DNA of 64,000 nt from Actinomycetaceae bacterium. GTDB lineage: Bacteria; Actinomycetota; Actinomycetes; Actinomycetales; Actinomycetaceae. A model generated the notes under the pieces. That model made no database searches. It saw nothing but the letters and a program-made list of their open reading frames with translations, and was not told where the DNA came from. Every line of letters starts with the position of its first letter. Position 1 is the stretch's first letter. The stretch is taken from positions 10,552 to 74,551 of the forward strand of contig JAUNLN010000003.1 of NCBI GenBank assembly GCA_030532245.1, written 5' to 3'. The position numbers and the translations under genes are program-made. Positions 20,902 through 29,372 of the stretch are shown one piece after another.

Positions 20902-21462
20902 TTGGAGAACAATGTGAATGGAACGGAGTACCCCCGCCAGGGGATGCTCTTTGGCGACGTCCTCGCAAACATTACTCCCGAGACGGGTTACAGGGGGCGC
21001 GTCGCCTGCCAGGCTGCGGGGATCACCTACCGTCAGTTGGACTACTGGGCACGCACCGGCCTCGTAGAGCCCTCTATTCGCACCGCGCAGGGTTCGGGCT
21101 CCCAGCGCCTCTACTCATTCCGCGACATTCTCGTGTTGAAGGTAGTGAAGCGCCTGCTCGACACCGGCGTGTCTCTACAGCAGATTCGCATCGCCGTATC
21201 CCACTTGAAAGATAGGGGAGTGGACGACCTTTCGTCCATCACCCTCATGAGCGATGGCGCATCGGTGTACGAGTGTCGCTCTCGCGACGAAATGATCGAC
21301 CTCATTGAGGGCGGTCAGGGCGTATTCGGTATCGCAGTTGGCCACGTTTGGCGCGAGATTGAAGGCTCTCTTGCTCATCTTCCGAGCGAAGAAGCCGCGC
21401 CGATCATTCCGGTTCACGACGAGCTCGCTGAGCGTCGCCGCCAGCGTCGCAGCGCCTCCTAA
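20902..21462 (+). CDS. MerR family regulator, Rv1830/McdR-like
   Basis: GITYRQLDYWARTGLVEPSIR, GSGSQRLYSFRDIL, GGQGVFGIA. Confidence 0.9.
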   Translation: MENNVNGTEYPRQGMLFGDVLANITPETGYRGRVACQAAGITYRQLDYWARTGLVEPSIRTAQGSGSQRLYSFRDILVLKVVKRLLDTGVSLQQIRIAVSHLKDRGVDDLSSITLMSDGASVYECRSRDEMIDLIEGGQGVFGIAVGHVWREIEGSLAHLPSEEAAPIIPVHDELAERRRQRRSAS

Positions 21463-21518
21463 GCTTCGAGCCCACTTTTAGCTCGACATAATTTTCCTTT
21501 TTAAACTCTTCATATAGT

Positions 21519-21566
21519 CGCCCGGGTGGCCGAGGATTTCTCCTTAGCCACCCGGGCGCTTTCGTT
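21519..21566 (+). terminator. Intrinsic terminator
   Basis: CGCCCGGGTGGC...GCCACCCGGGCG followed by CTTTCGTTT. Confidence 0.75.
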
Positions 21567-21585
21567 TGCACGGGGCGTCTCGCCG

Positions 21586-21623
21586 CCGCCTAGAGGATCC
21601 TTCTTGCGGATCCGGCTAGGCGG
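21586..21623 (-). terminator. Hairpin after YhgE/Pip gene
   Basis: CCGCCTAG..GGATCC...GGATCC..CTAGGCGG. Confidence 0.5.
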
Positions 21624-21628
21624 GCCTC

Positions 21629-24145
21629 CTAGGCGTAGCGCATGCGAACCTCACTTAGGCTTAGACGCCTTGCCTTTCCAGCTGCAACCGTGCTGAGGCC
21701 AAACGAGATGAGGCCCCACAGGACGAGCGGGAGAAGCGCTGCGAACGTGCTCGTTAGATTGCCGCCAATCACCGTGTGGGTAAGCCCTTCAGTGAGGGAA
21801 GACAGCGGTAGCAAATCCGAAATCATCTGGAACGCGCCCGGGGCAGTTTCGATCGGAATCAGGTTGCCAAGCGACACGACCTGCACGACGAGGAACAGTA
21901 GCGCCAAAATGCGGCCAACCCTGGCTCCTGTAACCGCGAGTAGCGCCTGGTTGATCGCCGCGAAGGAGAGCACGCCGACGATCATCATCACCGTCGTCAT
22001 GAGCGGGTTCTTTGGCGATACGCCAAGCAAGGTGGCGATAATTCCCACTCCGATAGCTTGAATGAGGCCGAGGACTGCCGCCCACTTGAACGAGTTCCAC
22101 GCAACAAGCGCGGGTTTGAGCGAAGAGGCCAGTTCCTTCCGGCGCAAACCGGGCATTGCCAGATAGGTTGCAAAGGCTCCAAGCCACAGCACGATTGCCG
22201 CGGCCCACGGGAAGATCGAGTTCGCCCGCGAGTCGGTCTCGTACAGAGCAGCGTCCTCGGACAGAACCGGGATAGCGCCCATCTTCACGATGCGCGTGCG
22301 CTCCGCGTCCGTGTAGGTCGGCACCTGCTCCGCACCGTCGGTAAGTTCGGTGGCAAAGCGCGTGGTGCCCTCAATCAGCTGGCCAACGCCGGCGTAGAGT
22401 TCCTCGGTTCCGCCCGCGAACTGGCCCATGCCGCCCGCAAGCTGGTAGGCGCCGTCGGCACTTTGATTCGCGCCGTCTGCGAGCTGCCACGTTCCATCTT
22501 CAAGCTGTACTAGACCGGGCACAACCTGCCTCAGACCATCGGCGAGCTGGCGTGCTCCGCTTACGAGGCCAGGCTGGCTGGGAGTGCCATCGAGGCCTGC
22601 CTGCAACTGTGCGGCGCCGTCAGCAAGCTGTGCAAGACCTGGGGCGAGACCCATTTGGCCCGGTGTTCCGTTCACGCCGTCTCGAAGCTGAGCTACCCCA
22701 TCAGCAAGCTGCGCGGCACCATCCTTCAACCGCTCAAGGTCGGCGCTGATGCCCGTGAAACCGCCCGCATCTTCGAGCTGTTTCACGAGGCTCTCGATCT
22801 TTTCCACGAGCGCCGTGATCTGATCGACGAACTGGTTCACACCCGACTGGGCGAGCATTTGATTCAGCTGGTTTAGAGCCTCATCCAGCTGCTCGTCCGA
22901 CTGTGGAAGCTGCGCGAGCGCGGCCTCCAACTCGGTTACCGCGGCCGACAGAGCCGCGCAGTACTGCGGCGTAGACTCGGTCGGACACTGCGCAACCGCG
23001 TCCTTCAGCTGGGGGAGTGCACCCACCTGCGTGTCAGTTCCGTAGATGAGCCCGCGAACGTAGGTGAGCAGGTTCTCCGAGTTTGCAAGGATTTCGCGAA
23101 TCCTTTGAATCTCCGCATTGATCTCGGCCGAACTTGGGAGGTCGTCAAACGTGCCCTCGGGGATCGCCGCCTCAATCTTCGCTAGAGGCCCAAGAATCTG
23201 TTGGAGGCCATCTACCAGCTGGGCGATACCATCGCTTAGCTCACCAGCACCGTCGGCAAGCTGTACGGTACCTTCTGCAAGGCCACCCGGCCCGTTCACT
23301 CCCTCATTCATCTGGTCGATACCCTGCTTCATGCCAAGCTGGGACGGGGTGCCAACGAAGCCGTCACGAAGCTGCTTGGTGCCATCCGCGAGAGCATCTG
23401 CACCGTCGGCAATCTGGCCGAGGCCACCGCGCAGTTCGCTAACGCCTCCCGCAAGTTCGCCCGTGCCACCCGCCAGCTGCGAGATGCCGTCGGCAAGTTG
23501 CGAAGTTCCATCGGCTAGTTCCCACGCGCCGTCAGACAGCTGGGCAACACCGGCGCCGAGCTGCTTTGCACCATCATCGAGTTGCTGGGCACCGTCGGCC
23601 GCCTGACCAAGCTGATCCTTCATGTCGTTAAAACCAAGGAAAATCCCGTCTAGCATCTGCTCGGTGAGCATGTGGCCCATCTTGTTCGCCGCAACCGACG
23701 CGATTTGAGCTGAGATGAGTCCCATCAGCTCCGACGAAGCATTGTTTGACGTGACCGTGATCAGCGCGGGGGTCGCCTCAACTGTTCCCATCGACGCAAC
23801 GTTCTTAGAGAACGTGCGCGGAATCGTGATAACCGCTTCGAAGTCGCCGCGCTCCAACCCTTCGCGCGCGGTCTCCTCCTTCACGATCTGCCAGTCGAGG
23901 TTCAGGTCGATCTTCTCCTCGGGATACATGAGGCCCGCCGAGAGCTCGCGGCCAAGGGGAACCTGCACCTCCTTGCCATCGATCACCATCGTCGTGCCCT
24001 CATCGAGGTTCACGATCGCAGCGGGGATGCGGTCGAAGTTTTGCGGGCGGTCCGTAACCGACCACAGAGTAAGCGCCGTTGCAAGGATCGGTAGTAGGAG
24101 AACAGCAACGATTGCCCTCCAGTCTCGCGGTCTAAGTTTCATCAC
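21629..24145 (-). CDS. YhgE/Pip family membrane protein with xxxLxxG heptad repeats
   Basis: N-terminal TM plus IPAAIVNLDEG, many QLADG heptads, C-terminal ABC-2-like TM block. Confidence 0.9.
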   Translation of the reverse strand: MMKLRPRDWRAIVAVLLLPILATALTLWSVTDRPQNFDRIPAAIVNLDEGTTMVIDGKEVQVPLGRELSAGLMYPEEKIDLNLDWQIVKEETAREGLERGDFEAVITIPRTFSKNVASMGTVEATPALITVTSNNASSELMGLISAQIASVAANKMGHMLTEQMLDGIFLGFNDMKDQLGQAADGAQQLDDGAKQLGAGVAQLSDGAWELADGTSQLADGISQLAGGTGELAGGVSELRGGLGQIADGADALADGTKQLRDGFVGTPSQLGMKQGIDQMNEGVNGPGGLAEGTVQLADGAGELSDGIAQLVDGLQQILGPLAKIEAAIPEGTFDDLPSSAEINAEIQRIREILANSENLLTYVRGLIYGTDTQVGALPQLKDAVAQCPTESTPQYCAALSAAVTELEAALAQLPQSDEQLDEALNQLNQMLAQSGVNQFVDQITALVEKIESLVKQLEDAGGFTGISADLERLKDGAAQLADGVAQLRDGVNGTPGQMGLAPGLAQLADGAAQLQAGLDGTPSQPGLVSGARQLADGLRQVVPGLVQLEDGTWQLADGANQSADGAYQLAGGMGQFAGGTEELYAGVGQLIEGTTRFATELTDGAEQVPTYTDAERTRIVKMGAIPVLSEDAALYETDSRANSIFPWAAAIVLWLGAFATYLAMPGLRRKELASSLKPALVAWNSFKWAAVLGLIQAIGVGIIATLLGVSPKNPLMTTVMMIVGVLSFAAINQALLAVTGARVGRILALLFLVVQVVSLGNLIPIETAPGAFQMISDLLPLSSLTEGLTHTVIGGNLTSTFAALLPLVLWGLISFGLSTVAAGKARRLSLSEVRMRYA

Positions 24146-26778
24146 GCGTTCACCACCTTCGTGCTCGGCACCCCGTAGACTCTTGCGGATTCAAACCCCT
24201 CGGTGTTTGCATTGCCCAACACTAGAGCTCCACCGGCTTCAACATTTTCCAAAATCTTCTCCACTTCCTCATCCCTCAAGTGCCTGTTCACGAGGTAGAG
24301 GGTGGGCTTTTTAGCATCCGGCACCTTGGTTGAGGGATCGTCGAGGAATACGGATCTTGCGATAACCCGGCTCGCCTCATCTAGCGCGGAAATGTCGAAC
24401 ACGAAGACCGAACCTGAGTAGGGATGCACGCGAGCGCCGAGTGCGGCGAGCATGATCTCCTTTGAGGCGGGATCACCCTCGAGGCGAACGACTTCACCCG
24501 GCCGCACCTCGAAAGTAGCGTCGTGAACGAGGTCTCCGCGCCTGTCTCCAACACTGATGTGGTCGGCGCGAGCAACAACCTCACCGTTGTCGCGCTGCCA
24601 GTCAAGGTGCTTGAAGTGCAAGTCCATGCCGGTGCCCTCAACGTCCAGCACGGGCAGCATGCGGTCGAGCCACTTCGGCAGGTACCAAGCTTTCTCACCG
24701 AGAAGCTGCATTACGGCCGGCACGAGCGTCATACGCACGAGGAATGCATCCACGCCCACGCCAACTAGCAGGCCGAACGCGATTGGTTGCACGTAGAACG
24801 AGCCATCGGGAATGAAGCCGGAGAACACCGACATCATTATGAGAGCCGCGGCTACCACGACGGGTGCGGACGCTGCGAAACCTGTGCGGATCGACTTCCG
24901 TGCGTCACCGCTACGCGCGTAATCTTCAGCCATTCGCGACACGAGGAACAGTTCGTAGTCCATTGCGAGGCCGAACAGCACGCCCATCAGCATGATCGGC
25001 ATGAACGAAATCACCGGGCCGACCTGGCCAATCATGAGAAGGTCGTTGGCGAAGCCGTCGATGAACACGAGCGTCGTCATGCCAAACGCTGCGGCAACCG
25101 AGAACAGGTAGCCAAGCGTTGCCTTGATCGGCACCCAAAGCGAGCGGAACACGACCAGCAGGATGATTAGGGACAAGCCAACGACGACGATACCGAAGGG
25201 GAGGAGAGCCGAGAAGAGTTTCGCCGACACGTCGATTCCAACGGCCGTTGAACCTGTAACCATGACCTCCGAAATGTCGTATTCGGCCTCCCACTTTGGT
25301 GCCATGCCGCGAAGATCGTGCACGAGCTGCTCGGTTGCTATCGAGTCGGGGCCTTCCGTTGGAATAATCACGATTACGCCGAGGTCCGCGCTGCGGTTAG
25401 GGGTCGCAATCTGCACGTATTCGACGCCGTCCAATGCCTCAATCTCGCCCTTCAGGTCGTCCATGAGGCCGAGCGGATCTTGCGACGTGACGATGTCGCC
25501 GATCACCACGAGGGGGCCGTTCGCGCCCTCACCGAACTCTTTTGCAACAAGGTCGTACGTTTGGCGCGGCATGGTCGATTCGTCTTCCACACCGTTGTCG
25601 GGCAGGGCGAGACGCAGGTTCGCCGCGGGCACCGTCATGAGTGCAACAATCGCGGTTACGCCGAGAATCGTCAGCCACGGGTGCGAGGTGACCGTGCGCG
25701 CCCACCAAACCGATGCGCGATGCTTCGACTCTTTCGCTTCGCCCTCGGCGTGCTTCTTCCGGCGCCTCTTCGGGCGAATACGATCCCCAAGGAGAGCAAG
25801 GATCGCGGGAAGTGCCGTAACCGCAACGACTGCGGCGATCGCGACGGCGAGTGCGGCCGCCAAACCCATGACCGTTAGGAACGGGATTCCCGCAACAAAG
25901 AGCGCCATTAGAGCAATCACGACCGTTGCGCCGGCAAAGAGAACAGCGGCACCCGAGGTTGCGATTGCGCGCGGAATCGATTCTTCAACCGTGTAGCCCT
26001 CTTCGAGCTGATCGATGTGCCTCGAGAGGATGAACAGCGCGTAGTCGATGCCAACGGCGAGGCCCAGCATGATGGCAAGGGTCGGAGTCGTGGTTGAAAT
26101 CGGCACGAACGCGGCAATCGCGAGGGTAATGCCCATTGCGATTGCAACGCCAAGCAGTGCGGTAGCGATCGGCACGAGGCCCGTGCGGAAAGATCGGAAT
26201 GCAACGGAAAGAACTACGAGTGCAAGAACGACACCGACTGCCTCAAGAGGGGAGAGGGGGATTTCGGTTAGCGACATGACCTGGCCGCCGACCGTCACGT
26301 ACAACCCGTCAGCCTCAGCTTTCTGCGCGGCCGCAACGAGTTGGTTCACCGATTCCTCATCAATCGAATCGAGACCAAAGTTGAACTGCACCTGAGACAT
26401 CGCGTAGCGGTTGTTTTCGCTAACAAGCGGGTCCATAAACGTGTCGTCGAATGGATCGGCAACGGACTTCACGTGTTTGATCGTGGCAATCTCTTCGATA
26501 ATCGGGTCGATAGTGTCTTGGTAATCCCAGATACTCTCGCCTTCGGGAGCGCCGAACACCACCTGACCGGAGGTGCCGGAAAGCTCGTCAAAGCGCTCCG
26601 ACATCACGTCGATGCCCCTTTGCCCTTCGGTTCCGGGGATCGTGAAATCGTTAGTGAGCTTGCCACCAAGGCCCACCATCGCCAAAATTACGACTATAAG
26701 GATGGCTAGCCACGCAAACAATACTTTTTTAGCGTTACGGACGATTCCGCTCGCCAAACGAAATAGAATTGAGGACAT
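24142..26778 (-). CDS. MMPL (RND superfamily) transporter with degenerate C-terminal ABC-ATPase-like domain
   Basis: GLAVGIDYALFI and FGLAMDYELFLVSRM proton-relay motifs, RMTLVPAVM..WYLPKWLDR; tail DATFEVRPGEVVRLEG. Confidence 0.9.
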   Translation of the reverse strand: MSSILFRLASGIVRNAKKVLFAWLAILIVVILAMVGLGGKLTNDFTIPGTEGQRGIDVMSERFDELSGTSGQVVFGAPEGESIWDYQDTIDPIIEEIATIKHVKSVADPFDDTFMDPLVSENNRYAMSQVQFNFGLDSIDEESVNQLVAAAQKAEADGLYVTVGGQVMSLTEIPLSPLEAVGVVLALVVLSVAFRSFRTGLVPIATALLGVAIAMGITLAIAAFVPISTTTPTLAIMLGLAVGIDYALFILSRHIDQLEEGYTVEESIPRAIATSGAAVLFAGATVVIALMALFVAGIPFLTVMGLAAALAVAIAAVVAVTALPAILALLGDRIRPKRRRKKHAEGEAKESKHRASVWWARTVTSHPWLTILGVTAIVALMTVPAANLRLALPDNGVEDESTMPRQTYDLVAKEFGEGANGPLVVIGDIVTSQDPLGLMDDLKGEIEALDGVEYVQIATPNRSADLGVIVIIPTEGPDSIATEQLVHDLRGMAPKWEAEYDISEVMVTGSTAVGIDVSAKLFSALLPFGIVVVGLSLIILLVVFRSLWVPIKATLGYLFSVAAAFGMTTLVFIDGFANDLLMIGQVGPVISFMPIMLMGVLFGLAMDYELFLVSRMAEDYARSGDARKSIRTGFAASAPVVVAAALIMMSVFSGFIPDGSFYVQPIAFGLLVGVGVDAFLVRMTLVPAVMQLLGEKAWYLPKWLDRMLPVLDVEGTGMDLHFKHLDWQRDNGEVVARADHISVGDRRGDLVHDATFEVRPGEVVRLEGDPASKEIMLAALGARVHPYSGSVFVFDISALDEASRVIARSVFLDDPSTKVPDAKKPTLYLVNRHLRDEEVEKILENVEAGGALVLGNANTEGFESARVYGVPSTKVVNA

Positions 26779-26795
26779 GAAGTCTCCGCCAAAAC

Positions 26796-26832
26796 TGGAT
26801 ACATTTTTGTATTTGATTCTATTATGTATCCA
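26796..26832. promoter_or_regulatory. Putative TetR operator
   Basis: TGGATACAT-N19-ATGTATCCA inverted repeat in the divergent intergenic region. Confidence 0.65.
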
Positions 26833-26866
26833 ATAGCGGTTAATTGGAACTTGAAACGGCTGGTAA

Positions 26867-27493
26867 ATGACCCTTCAATTGGCAAAGCGCAAGCGCGAGA
26901 ACACAGTCAGGATTCTTATCGCAGCCTCTGCGGAGGTTTTTGCGGATAAGGGTGTGGCCGGCGCAACGGTTGACGACCTCGTTGTTGCAGCTGGATTCAC
27001 CAGGGGAGCGTTCTACTCGAACTTCTCTTCGAAGGAGGAGGTGTTCTCTGCCGCGCTTCAAAAATTCACTGAAGACCTTGTGGATGCAATGCAAAGCGGG
27101 ATTGAGGAAAGCGCTCCGGAGAGCACGCCTCAAGACAGCGTCCGCTCGATCCTTGAGTCGATTCGCCCACTCGGTAGGGTATGGGTTCTCCTCGAGGCGG
27201 AGGGCGTGCGGCAGGCATTGCTTGACGAGCAGGTGAAGACCGTTTACCTCGAGTCGCGAGACTACCTGCAAAGGGCGCTAATCAGCACCCTCCAGGAGGC
27301 GACCGACACTCCGCTCGCCGATTTCCCTGCGGACATGCTTCCTCACCTCGCGGCAATGCTCCTCAACGCCTATTCAGATGCACTTATCAGGGAGCTGCTC
27401 ACTGGCGAGGACTCCACCGAGCGCCTCGTTGAGCTCGTCGACCAGATTCTGTTCCAAGAAGCCCCAAGGCCCGGGCAGGCACCTGCAGATTAA
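26867..27493 (+). CDS. TetR/AcrR family regulator
   Basis: FADKGVAGATVDDLVVAAGFTRGAFYSNFSSKEE HTH. Confidence 0.93.
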   Translation: MTLQLAKRKRENTVRILIAASAEVFADKGVAGATVDDLVVAAGFTRGAFYSNFSSKEEVFSAALQKFTEDLVDAMQSGIEESAPESTPQDSVRSILESIRPLGRVWVLLEAEGVRQALLDEQVKTVYLESRDYLQRALISTLQEATDTPLADFPADMLPHLAAMLLNAYSDALIRELLTGEDSTERLVELVDQILFQEAPRPGQAPAD

Positions 27494-27510
27494 GCCTTGC
27501 ATGCAAAGTT

Positions 27511-27553
27511 TTCGGCCCCTGGCTAGCGTTCCTTCGCTTCGTCAGGGGCCGAA
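27511..27553. terminator. Hairpin between convergent tetR and BASS genes
   Basis: TTCGGCCCCTG...CAGGGGCCGAA. Confidence 0.65.
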
Positions 27554-27569
27554 CCAGTTCGAATAGCGG

Positions 27570-28577
27570 TTACGCTTCCTTGCGTTCGCGGCGAGTGTCG
27601 AGGCGCAGGAGCATGGAGGCGTATAGGCCACCGGAGATGTTGTGCCACACCGAGAACACGGCCGCAGGTAGAGCCGCTTCGGGCGTGAGGTGCATTGCGG
27701 CAAGGCCGGCTGCGAGGCCGGAGTTCTGCATGCCAACCTCGACGGAAGTGGTGCGAGCCGCAGCGCGGTCAGAGCCGGTGAAGTGAGCAACGGCGTAGCC
27801 GAGCGCGTAGCCAAGACCGTTGTGCAAGATAACGACGACGAGGATGATTGCACCCGCCTCAACAATCTTGTCGGCAGAACCGGAAACCACAGCCATAACG
27901 ACGTAGGCGATGCCGAGCACGGAGATCCAGGGGAGTGCGGGCAGAACCTTCTCGACGATCTTGCCCGCGAAGGTGCGAACAAGCAGGCCGCCTACGACGG
28001 GGATGATCACGATCTTGACGATCGACATGGCCATTGCGGAGGCCGAGACGTCCATCCACGAGCCGGCGAGCCACAGAGTTAGAAGCGGCGTGAAGATTGG
28101 GGCGAGGAGGGTTGAGATCGTCGTCATCGTAACCGAGAGGGCAACGTCGCCCTTGGCGAGGTACGAAATCACGTTGGAGGAGGTGCCGCCGGGAGCCGCA
28201 CCAACCAGCACGACACCTGCGGCAAGCTCGGGAGGAAGGTTGAAGATCCACGCAAGTGCTACGCCGAGCAGTGGCATTATGACGAACTGCGACACAACAC
28301 CGATAAGGATCGGGAGGGGACGTTTGGCGACCATCTTGAAGTCGGGCGCGGTGAGCGTGAGGCCCATGCCGAACATGATGATTCCAAGCGCGGGAGTTAC
28401 GTAACCCGCGAAAGGCTGAACTGCGCCGGGCTTAATAAACGCAATCAGAAACGCAACAATAATGATGAGCGGGAAGATGGTTACGGCTACTTTAGCGGAG
28501 CGATCTTCAGCAGCGGTCGTCTGGGTTCTTGCAAGCGTAGCGCTGCCGGCAGCGCGTTCATTTTCGATGGGGTTCAT
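27570..28577 (-). CDS. Bile acid:sodium symporter family protein (PanS-like)
   Basis: IMFGMGLTL, PGGTSSNV..YLAKGDVALSV, EVGMQNSGLA. Confidence 0.92.
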   Translation of the reverse strand: MNPIENERAAGSATLARTQTTAAEDRSAKVAVTIFPLIIIVAFLIAFIKPGAVQPFAGYVTPALGIIMFGMGLTLTAPDFKMVAKRPLPILIGVVSQFVIMPLLGVALAWIFNLPPELAAGVVLVGAAPGGTSSNVISYLAKGDVALSVTMTTISTLLAPIFTPLLTLWLAGSWMDVSASAMAMSIVKIVIIPVVGGLLVRTFAGKIVEKVLPALPWISVLGIAYVVMAVVSGSADKIVEAGAIILVVVILHNGLGYALGYAVAHFTGSDRAAARTTSVEVGMQNSGLAAGLAAMHLTPEAALPAAVFSVWHNISGGLYASMLLRLDTRRERKEA

Positions 28578-28690
28578 GCTGGAAGTTTAAGAGCAACCGT
28601 TTGGTGATCAAAGAACGTCCGTGACTTGAGACACAAGAGGGTAGTGGTCTGGAATAGTCTTGAGCATCTTCAGGTTTAGTGTTTAGATTA

Positions 28691-28718
28691 CTCTGACATA
28701 ATGTACATTATCGGTTAC
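28691..28718 (-). other. dif: Putative dif chromosome-dimer resolution site
   Basis: GTAACCGATAA-TGTACA-TTATGTCAGAG: 11-6-11 layout with ATAA/TTAT core, in an AT-rich intergenic region. Confidence 0.8.
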
Positions 28719-28867
28719 AGCTATAGTTTTCCGATTGAAAGCTTCAGGATCTAAAGGAACCTCTTTCGGCGCTAATGCAATGTTTTCGCTCTCTCGTGCG
28801 TTATTGCTTCTGGAGGCCCTGATTTTTCTTCGCTTAAAATAATCCCGGATCAACGAAAGGATTTGTA

Positions 28868-29227
28868 ATGGCAGATCGCGCACTACGAGGTATGCAGATT
28901 GGCGCTAAGTCGCTAGAGACCGAAGACGGCATTGTTTTTGCTGAGCGCGTGCAGCGCCGTTACCAGTGCGAAAACGGACACGTCTTCTCTGTGACCATGG
29001 CTGACGACGCGGACGCTCCCGCAACCTGGGAATGCCGCTGCGGCGCACAGGCTGAATATCTTGGCGAGGCTGAGCCTGAAGACACGAAGCCCGCTAAGCC
29101 TCAGCGCACGCACTGGGACATGCTGCTTGAGCGTCGCACCGAAGAAGAACTCGAAGTTCTGCTTCAAGAACAGCTTGAGGTTCTTCGCCGCGGCGAACTT
29201 CGCGACGGCGTTGCCTACAGGCGCTAA
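28868..29227 (+). CDS. rbpA: RNA polymerase-binding protein RbpA
   Basis: MADRALRG, YQCENGH..WECRCG, RTHWDMLLERRTEEELE; RBS GAAAGG. Confidence 0.95.
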   Translation: MADRALRGMQIGAKSLETEDGIVFAERVQRRYQCENGHVFSVTMADDADAPATWECRCGAQAEYLGEAEPEDTKPAKPQRTHWDMLLERRTEEELEVLLQEQLEVLRRGELRDGVAYRR

Positions 29228-29319
29228 AACGCCTGCACAGGCGGCATAACCCGCCTTAAAAGAAGGGTAAAACACCGGATTTTCGCCGCAAATGAGGCCA
29301 AAACCGGCCGAAACCAACT

Positions 29320-29352
29320 CCCCCGCAATCGTATATGATTGCGGGGGTTTCA
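29320..29352. terminator. Hairpin between convergent rbpA and lnt
   Basis: CCCCCGCAATC-GTATAT-GATTGCGGGGG then TTT. Confidence 0.75.
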
Positions 29353-29372
29353 TTATCTTTATGCGTACTTCG

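Noticed and set aside
22380-23610. CRISPR-like or DNA tandem repeat array
   Set aside because: Periodicity is at the protein heptad level with synonymous variation; no spacers or cas genes.
27550-27562. LexA SOS box (CGAAC..GTTCG)
   Set aside because: Spacer is 2 nt rather than 4, and it lies between convergent genes.
28683-28883. 66-aa minus-strand ORF
   Set aside because: Overlaps the rbpA start and the dif site; no RBS or recognisable motif.
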